Of a stretch of 64,000 bases of DNA, positions 14,201 to 25,700 are shown in pieces. The notes under the pieces were generated by a model that did not search any database, was not told the DNA's origin, and saw only the letters and a list, made by a program, of their open reading frames with translations. Position 1 is the stretch's first letter; the number at the start of each line of letters is the position of its first letter. A program made the translations under genes and the position numbers. This DNA is from Balanoglossus misakiensis (lineage: Eukaryota > Animalia > Hemichordata): contig CM082595.2 of NCBI GenBank assembly GCA_040954595.2, positions 1,614,635 to 1,678,634 on the forward strand, read 5' to 3'.

Positions 14201-15522
14201 TATCCACATGTAGAATAACATATTAACAGTGTCTTGTATCAGACGTAATTAATGGGTAAAGGGCAGGGAGAGAGAGACATTGTCCCTTTAAGTATTTTTC
14301 GTAACTAATCATTACATGTCGTGTTTGGCTTTCAGAGTATGCCACCAGTAGCATTTCCAACAACCAGGGAAGAAATCGACCAAAAGTACGAAAAGTCTGT
14401 TGAAGAAGAAGGAAACAAAGCTCTGAAATATGAAACTCTCTTGAAAAGAAGAAGGATGTCTGCTCAGATCAAAGTGGATGATTTACAGAAAAAGTTGGAA
14501 GATAAGAAAAAGTGTGTTTCCGAGGAGGAGTATGTTGCCATGGAAAAGAGACTCCAGGAGTTGAATAACACGAAGATGAAATTGGAAGAGGATATCAAGA
14601 AAAACAAACACCAGAAAACTGAGATGTTGGAATCATTGAAAGAGAAGAAGGAACTAGAATTGAAGATAGTTGCCCAGCAACAGAGGATGAAACTGCATCG
14701 TAAGGTGGCTGCAGAGAAAGCCCTGCAAGAAATCTCAGAGACTGTAGCACAGGTTTCTCCGATGGTATCTGAGCAGATCACTTCTCAAGTGTCACGCAGA
14801 CAGATAGTGAATGGAAATGCAGCCAATAAACGGAGAACACTGCCAATTGTACCAGCGGACAGATCACCTGGAATGTTACAGAAATCATACATTGCAGAAT
14901 TAGATGTTGAATCAGTGTCAGATAAATCCTCAATCAAGAGCTCTGGCTCTGGACATTCTGCCACAAGTGATAGGACATCCTCGTCGGGCATTGATGACTC
15001 GCCACGAAAACTGACGCCAAAACTGAACAGCAAACACAGAGACAGTTCCTTTCAGAGTTCGTTCGAAGGTCGCATGTCATCAGACGAGATCATTTCACAG
15101 GAATCTAGTGTTGTCACGGAAACAGAAGTATCTGTCAGCCAATCAGAAGAGAAGCCACTGACAACAGCAGAGTCAACCCAATCATTGAAGAAAGAAAAAC
15201 CTCCAATAAAAACTGAAGTCAGTGCTGAGACCTTGGCAGATATTGAGGTAAGAAACCAGCCAAGTTGCTTGTGTAAACTGAATGAATCAGTTTATTTTTT
15301 AGTCACTCCTGTGTGTTTGATGCATGGTCCAAGTTTCATTGTTTAAATTGCTATATGTTCTGTCAAAACACTAGTAATCAAAGTTGAGAAACATCTTGTC
15401 GGTTTGTTATGTGTGGTAACAATTTTGTTAGAAAATAAACTGATAAAATTCTGTGTATCTGTTTTGTCATATAGGCATTTGAAAGACTCTCTATGGAAAT
15501 ATTGGGACAGCATGGATTTTGA
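8712..15522 (+). CDS. Multi-exon gene for a triple-PH-domain, coiled-coil protein (PH domains resemble the CNK/IPCEF1 and FGD/FARP types); 5' end incomplete. Coding exons 8712-11213, 11319-11405, 12546-12754, 12948-13104, 13328-13472, 13601-13737, 14336-15247, 15475-15522
   Basis: All introns are GT-AG with consistent phases (0,0,2,0,1,0,0). PH1 is LEGWL..QYWCVV..LVLPGYEI..DLYNWREAM. PH2 is HSGEL..WVKYWCVV..FYLFK..VLPLTG..FKISYP..KWMDVI. PH3 is spliced: KIGYL..WTRYWMVL..LYLYK..MYLPGY..FKLSHE/GERSIYLSAD..EWVTVI. An E/K-rich helical region lies in 13601-14750, and the protein ends LADIE/AFERLSMEILGQHGF*. An in-frame TAA at 8682-8684 precedes the acceptor at 8710-8711, so the start is either in an unlocated upstream exon or an internal Met. 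Confidence 0.85.
11415..11479 (+). repeat. (GATT/GACT)n microsatellite in an intron
   Basis: Direct reading. Confidence 0.9.
12128..12474. mobile_element. Bipartite palindromic interspersed element, family uncertain
   Basis: Imperfect hairpin 12130-12315 (acacatgatgactgaca...tgtcagtcatcaagtgt) centred on cccgagggcatagcccgag, followed by ttataacacacca (12317-29)...tggtgtgttataa (12462-74). Confidence 0.65.
13209..13285 (+). mobile_element. Degenerate Tc1/mariner-type MITE end
   Basis: TA|CAGTCAAACCTGT terminus with gccac and aacctgt sub-repeats; no matching other end seen. Confidence 0.35.
13939..14287. mobile_element. Non-autonomous DNA transposon (MITE) with long TIRs and TTAA target duplication, Kolobok-like termini
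   Basis: TTAA|AGGGACA...TGTCCCT|TTAA (13935-38 and 14288-91) with ~125-bp imperfect inverted arms; intronic. Confidence 0.85.
14336..15247 (+). CDS. Coiled-coil and Ser-rich exon of the PH gene
   Basis: Acceptor ggctttcag at 14335, in frame with ORF 14321-15346, donor GAG|gtaaga at 15248. Confidence 0.85.
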
Positions 15523-16120
15523 AGTGTCTGCATGTCCTTGTGCCAACTGAGAACAGTAATAGTTTCATGGACATTCAATGTTTTAAATTCATTTCAATTT
15601 TTAATTAAATAATACTGATTGATTTCATACACATTATTTTGACTGCCTATAAATACTGCATCCTCATGTCTTTATTGAATTTCTGAGAGTTTCTTTCAAC
15701 TCATCAAGGAGATGTTTATAAATGAAAGTTGTTTATAAAGATGTTTATAAATGAAAACACATGAAGTTGTAGACTGTTCTGAATGTGTAACAAAGAAGAA
15801 TGTTGACTGAACCATTTTGAGTCAGAGTCAATATTCAGATCTTTGGCCTAGGGTGACTCACAGTCCCTTGGTGGAAACAGACATGGCCAGTCAATATGTG
15901 TATTTCTGTAATGATGACCATAATATGACAACATCTGCAAACAGACAAATTCAAGTTTGAATCTGTGACCTTGCAGATAACTGCTGTTATTGACATATTT
16001 ATTCTAGAGTTTTCTGATTCTCTGTGTTTGCTGGTATACCAGTTGTAGTGTTGTTTAAAACTACCTGAGAATCAAGATTTTTTGTAACTTGTGTTGTGTG
16101 ACCTCATATTTTCATGTTAA

Positions 16121-16533
16121 GGATGTACGTTCAGTAAAATTGAAAGTATTGTCATTTTTTTTAATTGTGGATTTTTGGATTCTCCTTTGTATGTATAATG
16201 AAAATCCGTAATAAAATATAGGGGTCACCGCGCTTGTTTTTGAAATACAGAGCCTTGAATTTAGTCGATAATAGAAGAAAACTGCTGACTCAGCATTTTT
16301 CACCAATGGTTTGTCTATGGGCAAAATTTTTGACGCAATTTATCTCAAAATAGAGCGCGGTGACCCCTATATTTTATTTGACCAATGAATTTATATTTGC
16401 TGGACTGAGCTATGTGTAAAATTTTGTGAAAATGACAATAGTAGAAGTTTGTTTTCTAGCAATTTTCAATGTAATCCTATGGGAAAAAGACCGGGCGCGC
16501 ACTGTTTCCGGTTTATGTTCTGCGCGTACATCC
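16121..16533. mobile_element. MITE with TTAA target duplication, Kolobok-like
   Basis: TTAA|GGATGTACG...CGTACATCC|TTAA, plus an internal inverted pair aataaaatataggggtcaccgcgct / agcgcggtgacccctatattttatt. Confidence 0.8.
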
Positions 16534-17204
16534 TTAAGCAGTTGTTTTTTTTATGAGCTTTTTATCAGCGCAAAAATGACACACCACATGACATTGATAA
16601 AACCAAAGACCCTAGGGTCTATGATTAAACCAATCACTAGGAAATCAATCAGGTGTTACAATAGTTTAATATGCTTTCTATTCAAGTTCACTTCCTAAAA
16701 ATAATTGTTTATATTTCTGATACTAGTAAAATACCGGTACAATTGTAAACTTTTACCATATATTTTAAATAATGTTCACTACTTTGTTATATTTAAACTA
16801 AACTATACAGAATTTAATTTTTTTTTGCAAATTGGATTTATTCTATCAGAACTCTGATAAAAATATATTATGTAGAGTGCAATATATTTACAACACTAGT
16901 AGAGCTATTATAAAACTTAAAGAATTTGTAAATAGATAATATTCTTTCAGTTGTAGGTGACCACAACAAAAACAACTCATTTGAAAATTTATGCATCTTT
17001 TAGAAATAAATATTTTAAAGAACTATAAGTGTCGTGTTTGTGAAAAGTGTTATGCTTTGTTATGTGTAGAAGATTTTGGGTTGTTTACTTTATTGGCTCT
17101 TTTCACTGACCGAGTACTCCAAAGTATGCAGGATCGACAGATTTTTGAGTGCTGACGTTGGTGGTGCACTGTAAACTGTTACTTTGGGAGTTTTATAACA
17201 TCTC

Positions 17205-17233
17205 CCGCTAGGTGGCGTGTTTCAAGATGGCCG
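17205..17233 (+). promoter_or_regulatory. CTCF-like and YY1-like motifs next to the left edge of the array
   Basis: CCGCTAGGTGGCG (17205-17217) and CAAGATGGCCG (17223-17233). Confidence 0.35.
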
Positions 17234-17269
17234 TGTGTATGCGGGTTGCAGGTACGGACACTGATTTGG

Positions 17270-17810
17270 CATGAAAATCATCAAATTTTGAAAATTCGCA
17301 AAGTCGAAAAATTTTCATTTTTGGATGATTTTCATGAGCTATAACCCATGGTTTTTCTCAAAAAATCACAAAATTTACAAAAATAGGCCAAATTTTGAAA
17401 ATTCGCAAAGTCGAAAAATCGTCGATTTTTGAAGATTTTCATGAGCTATAACCCATGATTTTTTTCAAAAAAGGACCAAATTTTGAAAATTCGCAAAGTC
17501 GAAAAATTGTCATGTTTGGATGATTTTCATGAGCTATAACTCATGATTTTTACAAAAATAGGCCAAATTTTAATAATTCGCAAAGTCGAAAAATCGTCGA
17601 TTTTTGAAGATATTCATGAGCTATAACCCATGATTTTTTTCAAAAAAGGACCAAATTTTGAAAATTCGCAAAGTCGAAAAATTGTCATGTTTGGATGATT
17701 TTCATGAGCTATAACTCATGATTTTTACAAAAATAGGCCAAATTTTAATAATTCGCAAAGTCGAAAAATCGTCGATTTTTGAAGATTTTCATGAGCTATA
17801 ACCCATGATT
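17270..17810 (+). repeat. Diverged left-edge monomers forming a 175-bp dimer
   Basis: aaataggcca recurs at 17381, 17556 and 17731, alternating with aaaaggacca-type units. Confidence 0.85.
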
Positions 17811-20800
17811 TTTCTCAAAAAATCACCAAATTTCGAAAATCCGCAAAGTCGAAAAATTGTCATTTCTGGGTGATTTTCATGAGCTATAACCCATGGTTTT
17901 TCTCAAAAAATCACCAAATTTCGAAAATCCGCAAAGTCGAAAAATTATCATTTCTGGGTGATTTCATGAGCTATAACCCATGGTTTTTATCAAAAAATCA
18001 CCAAATTTCGAAAATCCGCAAAGTAGAAAAATTTTCATTTCTGGGTGATTTTCATGAGCTATAACCCATGGTTTTTATCAAAAAATCACCAAATTTCGAA
18101 AATCCGCAAAGTAGAAAAATTTTCATTTCTGGGTGATTTTCATGAGCTATAACCCATGGTTTTTCTCAAAAAATCACCAAATTTCGAAAATCCGCAAAGT
18201 CGAAAAATTGGCATTTCTGGGTGATTTTCATGAGCTATAACCCATGGTTTTTATAAAAAAATCACCAAATTTCGAAAATCCGCAAAGTCGAAAAATTGTC
18301 ATTTCTGGGTGATTTTCATGAGCTATAACCCATGGTTTTTCTCAAAAAATCACCAAATTTCGAAAATCCGCAAATGTCGAAAAATTGTCATTTCTGGGTG
18401 ATTTCATGAGCTATAACCCATGATTTTTTTCAAAAAATCACCAAATTTCGAAAATCCGCAAAGTCGAAAAATTGTCATTTCTGGGTGATTTTCGTGAGCT
18501 ATAACCCATGGTTTTTATCAAAAAATCACCAAATTTCGAAAATCCGCAAAGTCGAAAAATTGTCATTTCTGGGTGATTTTCATGAGCTATAACCCATGAT
18601 TTTTTTCAAAAAATCACCAAATTTCGAAAATCCGCAAAGTCGAAAAATTGTCATTTCTGGGTGATTTTCATGAGCTATAACCCATGGTTTTTCTCAAAAA
18701 ATCACCAAATTTCGAAAATCCGCAAAGTCGAAAAATTGTCATTTCTGGGTAATTTTCATGAGCTATAACCCATGGTTTTTCTCAAAAAATCACCAAATTT
18801 CGAAAATCCGCAAAGTCGAAAAATTTTCATTTCTGGGTGATTTCATGAGCTATAACCCATGGTTTTTCTCAAAAAATCACCAAATTTCGAAAATCCGCAA
18901 AGTCGAAAAATTGTCATTTCTGGGTAATTTTCATGAGCTATAACCCATGATTTTTCTCAAAAATTCACCAAATTTCGAAAATCCGCAAAGTCGAAAAATT
19001 GTCATTTCTGGGTGATTTTCGTGAGCTATAACCCATGGTTTTTCTCAAAAAATCACCAAATTTCGAAAATCCGCAAAGTCGAAAAATTGTCATTTCTGGG
19101 TGATTTTCGTGAGCTATAACCCATGGTTTTTCTCAAAAAATCACCAAATTTCGAAAATCCGCAAAGTCGAAAAATTGTCATTTCTGGGTGATTTTCATGA
19201 GCTATAACCCATGGTTTTTCTCAAAAAATCACCAAATTTCGAAAATCCGCAAAGTCGAAAAATTGTCATTTCTGGGTGATTTCATGAGCTATAACCCATG
19301 GTTTTTATCAAAAAATCACCAAATTTCGAAAATCCGCAAAGTCGAAAAATTGTCATTTCTGGGTAATTTTCATGAGCTATAACCCATGATTTTTTTCGAA
19401 AAATCACCAAATTTCGAAAATCCGCAAAGTCGAAAAATTGTCATTTCTGGGTGATTTCATGAGCTATAACCCATGATTTTTCTCGAAAAATCACCAAATT
19501 TCGAAAATCCGCAAAGTCGAAAAATTGTCATTTCTGGGTGATTTTCGTGAGCTATAACCCATGATTTTTCTCAAAAAATCACCAAATTTCAAAAATCCGC
19601 AAAGTCGAAAAATTGTCATTTCTGGGTGATTTTCATGAGCTATAACCCATGGTTTTTATAAAAAAATCACCAAATTTCGAAAATCCGCAAAGTCGAAAAA
19701 TTGTCATTTCTGGGTGATTTCATGAGCTATAACCCATGATTTTTTTCAAAAAATCACCAAATCTCGAAAATCAGCAAAGTCGAAAAATTGTCATTTCTGG
19801 GTGATTTTCATGAGCTATAACCCATGGTTTTTCTCAAAAAATCACCAAATTTCGAAAATCCGCAAAGTCGAAAAATTGTCATTTCTGGGTAATTTTCATG
19901 AGCTATAACCCATGATTTTTCTCAAAAAATCACCAAATTTCGAAAATCCGCAAAGTCGAAAAATTGTCATTTCTGGGTGATTTTCGTGAGCTATAACCCA
20001 TGGTTTTTATCAAAAAAATCACCAAATTTCGAAAATCCGCAAAGTCGAAAAATTGTCATTTCTGGGTGATTTTCATGAGCTATACCCCATGGTTTTTCTC
20101 AAAAAATCACCAAATTTCGAAAATCCGCAAAGTCGAAAAATTGTCATTTCTGGGTGATTTTCGTGAGCTATAACCCATGGTTTTTCTCAAAAAATCACCA
20201 AATTTCGAAAATCCGCAAAGTCGAAAAATTGTCATTTCTGAGTGATTTTCGTGAGCTATAACCCATGGTTTTTCTCAAAAAATCACCAAATTTCGAAAAT
20301 CCGCAAAGTCGAAAAATTGTCATTTCTGGGTGATTTTCATGAGCTATAACCCATGGTTTTTTTAAAAAAATCACCAAATTTCGAAAATCCGCAAAGTCGA
20401 AAAATTGTCATTTCTGGGTGATTTCATGAGCTATAACCCATGGTTTTTATCAAAAAATCACCAAATTTCGAAAATCCGCAAAGTCGAAAAATTGTCATTT
20501 CTGGGTGATTTTCATGAGCTATAACCCATGGTTTTTCTCAAAAAATCACCAAATTTCGAAAATCCGCAAAGTCGAAAAATTGTCATTTCTGGGTAATTTT
20601 CATGAGCTATAACCCATGATTTTTCTCAAAAAATCACCAAATTTCGAAAATCCGCAAAGTCGAAAAATTGTCATTTCTGGGTGATTTTCGTGAGCTATAA
20701 CCCATGGTTTTTATCAAAAAAATCACCAAATTTCGAAAATCCGCAAAGTCGAAAAATTGTCATTTCTGGGTGATTTTCATGAGCTATACCCCATGGTTTT

Positions 20801-22717
20801 TCTCAAAAAATCACCAAATTTCGAAAATCCGCAAAGTCGAAAAATTGTCATTTCTGGGTGATTTTCGTGAGCTATAACCCATGGTTTTTCTCAAAAAATC
20901 ACCAAATTTCGAAAATCCGCAAAGTCGAAAAATTGTCATTTCTGAGTGATTTTCGTGAGCTATAACCCATGGTTTTTCTCAAAAAATCACCAAATTTCGA
21001 AAATCCGCAAAGTCGAAAAATTGTCATTTCTGGGTGATTTTCATGAGCTATAACCCATGGTTTTTTTAAAAAAATCACCAAATTTCGAAAATCCGCAAAG
21101 TCGAAAAATTGTCATTTCTGGGTGATTTCATGAGCTATAACCCATGGTTTTTATCAAAAAATCACCAAATTTCGAAAATCCGCAAAGTCGAAAAATTGTC
21201 ATTTCTGGGTAATTTTCATGAGCTATAACCCATGATTTTTCTCAAAAAATCACCAAATTTCGAAAATCCGCAAAGTCGAAAAATTGTCATTTCTGGGTGA
21301 TTTTCATGAGCTATAACCCATGGTTTTTATCAAAAAATCACCAAATTTCGAAAATCCGCAAAGTCGAAAAATTGTCATTTCTGGGTAATTTTCATGAGCT
21401 ATAACCCATGATTTTTTTCAAAAAATCACCAAATTTCGAAAATCCGCAAAGTCGAAAAATTGTCATTTCTGGGTAATTTTCATGAGCTATAACCCATGAT
21501 TTTTCTCAAAAAATCACCAAATTTCGAAAATCCGCAAAGTCGAAAAATTGTCATTTCTGGGTAATTTTCATGAGCTATAACCCATGATTTTTCTCAAAAA
21601 ATCACCAAATTTCGAAAATCCGCAAAGTCGAAAAATTGTCATTTCTGGGTGATTTTCATGAGCTATAACCCATGGTTTTTATCAAAAAATCACCAAATTT
21701 CGAAAATCCGCAAAGTCGAAAAATTGTCATTTCTGGGTGATTTCATGAGCTATAACCCATGATTTTTTTCAAAAAATCACCAAATTTCGAAAATCCGCAA
21801 AGTCGAAAAATTGTCATTTCTGGGTAATTTTCATGAGCTATAACCCATGATTTTTCTCAAAAAATCACCAAATTTCGAAAATCCGCAAAGTCGAAAAATT
21901 GTCATTTCTGGGTGATTTTCGTGAGCTATAACCCATGGTTTTTATCAAAAAATCACCAAATTTCGAAAATCCGCAAAGTCGAAAAATTGTCATTTCTGGG
22001 TGATTTTCATGAGCTATAACCCAAGGTTTTTCTGAAACAATCACCAAATTTCGAAAATCCGCAAAGTCGAAAAATTGTCATTTCTGGGTGATTTCATGAG
22101 CTATAACCCATGGTTTTTCTCAAAAAATCACCAAATTTCGAAAATCCGCAAAGTCGAAAAATTGTCATTTCTGGGTGATTTTCATGAGCTATAACCCATG
22201 GTTTTTCTCAAAAAATCACCAAATTTCGAAAATCTGCAAAGTCGAAAAATTGTCATTTCTGGGTGATTTCATGAGCTATAACCCATGGTTTTTCTCAAAA
22301 AATCACCAAATTTCGAAAATCCGCAAAGTCGAAAAATTGTCATTTCTGGGTAATTTTCATGAGCTATAACCCATGATTTTTCTCAAAAAATCACCAAATT
22401 TCGAAAATCCGCAAAGTCGAAAAATTGTCATTTCTGGGTGATTTTCATGAGCTATAACCCATGGTTTTTCTCAAAAAATCACCAAATTTCGAAAATCCGC
22501 AAAGTCGAAAAATTGTCATTTCTGGGTGATTTCATGAGCTATAACCCATGGTTTTTCTCAAAAAATCACCAAATTTCGAAAATCCGCAAAGTCGAAAAAT
22601 TGTCATTTCTGGGTGATTTTCATGAGCTATAACCCATGGTTTTTCTCAAAAAATCACCAAATTTTGAAAATCCGCAAAGTCGAAAAATTGTCATTTCTGG
22701 GTGATTTCATGAGCTAT
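17811..22717 (+). repeat. Satellite family A (87/88 bp), forward block
   Basis: Unit catgagctataacccatggtttttctcaaaaaatcaccaaatttcgaaaatccgcaaagtcgaaaaattgtcatttctgggtgattt(t). Confidence 0.95.
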
Positions 22718-25700
22718 CAAAAAATCACAATTTTCCGACTTTTTTAATTTTCAAAATTTGGCCATTTTTCACAAAAATCATGGGTTATAGCCCATGATTT
22801 TCATCAAAAAATCACAATTTTCCGACTTTTTTAATTTTCAAAATTTGGCCATTTTTCACAAAAATCATGGGTTATTTTTGTGAAAAATGGCCAAATTTTG
22901 AAAATTAAAAAAGTCGGAAAATTGTGATTTTTTGATGAAAATCATGGGTTATAGCCCATGATTTTCATCAAAAAATCACAATTTTCCGACTTTTTTAATT
23001 TTCAAAATTTGGCCATTTTTCACAAAAATCATGGGTTATAGCCCATGATTTTCATCAAAAAATCACAATTTTCCGACTTTTTTAATTTTCAAAATTTGGC
23101 CATTTTTCACAAAAATCATGGGTTATAGCCCATGATTTTCATCAAAAAATCACAAAAATCATGGGTTATTTTTGTGAAAAATGGCCAAATTTTGAAAATT
23201 AAAAAAGTCGGAAAATTGTGATTTTTTGATGAAAATCATGGGTTATAGCCCATGATTTTCATCAAAAAATCACAATTTTCCGACTTTTTTAATTTTCAAA
23301 ATTTGGCCATTTTTCACAAAAATCATGGGTTATAGCCCATGATTTTCATCAAAAAATCACAATTTTCCGACTTTTTTAATTTTCAAAATTTGGCCATTTT
23401 TCACAAAAATCATGGGTTATAGCCCATGATTTTCATCAAAAAATCACAATTTTCCGACTTTTTTAATTTTCAAAATTTGGCCATTTTTCACAAAAATCAT
23501 GGGTTATAGCCCATGATTTTCATCAAAAAATCACAATTTTCCGACTTTTTTAATTTTCAAAATTTGGCCATTTTTCACAAAAATCATGGGTTATAGCCCA
23601 TGAAAATCATCAAAAAATCACAATTTTCCGACTTTTTTAATTTTCAAAATTTGGCCATTTTTCACAAAAATCATGGGTTATAGCCCATGATTTTCATCAA
23701 AAAATCACAATTTTCCGACTTTTTTAATTTTCAAAATTTGGCCATTTTTCACAAAAATCATGGGTTATAGCCCATGATTTTCATCAAAAAATCACAATTT
23801 TCCGACTTTTTTAATTTTCAAAATTTGGCCATTTTTCACAAAAATCATGGGTTATAGCCCATGATTTTCATCAAAAAATCACAATTTTCCGACTTTTTTA
23901 ATTTTCAAAATTTGGCCATTTTTCACAAAAATCATGGGTTATAGCCCATGATTTTCATCAAAAAATCACAATTTTCCGACTTTTTTAATTTTCAAAATTT
24001 GGCCATTTTTCACAAAAATCATGGGTTATAGCCCATGATTTTCATCAAAAAATCACAATTTTCCGACTTTTTTAATTTTCAAAATTTGGCCATTTTTCAC
24101 AAAAATCATGGGTTATAGCCCATGATTTTCATCAAAAAATCACAATTTTCCGACTTTTTTAATTTTCAAAATTTGGCCATTTTTCACAAAAATCATGGGT
24201 TATAGCCCATGATTTTCATCAAAAAATCACAATTTTCCGACTTTTTTAATTTTCAAAATTTGGCCATTTTTCACAAAAATCATGGGTTATAGCCCATGAA
24301 AATCATCAAAAAATCACAATTTTCCGACTTTTTTAATTTTCAAAATTTGGCCATTTTTCACAAAAATCATGGGTTATAGCCCATGATTTTCATCAAAAAA
24401 TCACAATTTTCCGACTTTTTTAATTTTCAAAATTTGGCCATTTTTCACAAAAATCATGGGTTATAGCCCATGATTTTCATCAAAAAATCACAATTTTCCG
24501 ACTTTTTTAATTTTCAAAATTTGGCCATTTTTCACAAAAATCATGGGTTATAGCCCATGATTTTCATCAAAAAATCACAATTTTCCGACTTTTTTAATTT
24601 TCAAAATTTGGCCATTTTTCACAAAAATCATGGGTTATAGCCCATGATTTTCATCAAAAAATCACAATTTTCCGACTTTTTTAATTTTCAAAATTTGGCC
24701 ATTTTTCACAAAAATCATGGGTTATAGCCCATGATTTTCATCAAAAAATCACAATTTTCCGACTTTTTTAATTTTCAAAATTTGGCCATTTTTCACAAAA
24801 ATCATGGGTTATAGCCCATGATTTTCATCAAAAAATCACAATTTTCCGACTTTTTTAATTTTCAAAATTTGGCCATTTTTCACAAAAATCATGGGTTATA
24901 GCCCATGATTTTCATCAAAAAATCACAATTTTCCGACTTTTTTAATTTTCAAAATTTGGCCATTTTTCACAAAAATCATGGGTTATAGCCCATGATTTTC
25001 ATCAAAAAATCACAATTTTCCGACTTTTTTAATTTTCAAAATTTGGCCATTTTTCACAAAAATCATGGGTTATAGCCCATGAAAATCATCAAAAAATCAC
25101 AATTTTCCGACTTTTTTAATTTTCAAAATTTGGCCATTTTTCACAAATATCATGGGTTATAGCCCATGATTTTCATCAAAAAATCACAATTTTCCGACTT
25201 TTTTAATTTTCAAAATTTGGCCATTTTTCACAAAAATCATGGGTTATAGCCCATGATTTTCATCAAAAAATCACAATTTTCCGACTTTTTTAATTTTCAA
25301 AATTTGGCCATTTTTCACAAAAATCATGGGTTATAGCCCATGATTTTCATCAAAAAATCACAATTTTCCGACTTTTTTAATTTTCAAAATTTGGCCATTT
25401 TTCACAAAAATCATGGGTTATAGCCCATGATTTTCATCAAAAAATCACAATTTTCCGACTTTTTTTAATTTTCAAAATTTGGCCATTTTTCACAAAAATC
25501 ATGGGTTATAGCCCATGATTTTCATCAAAAAATCACAATTTTCCGACTTTTTTAATTTTCAAAATTTGGCCATTTTTCACAAAAATCATGGGTTATAGCC
25601 CATGATTTTTATCAAAAAATCACAATTTTCCGACTTTTTTAATTTTCAAAATTTGGCCATTTTTCACAAAAATCATGGGTTATAGCCCATGATTTTCATC

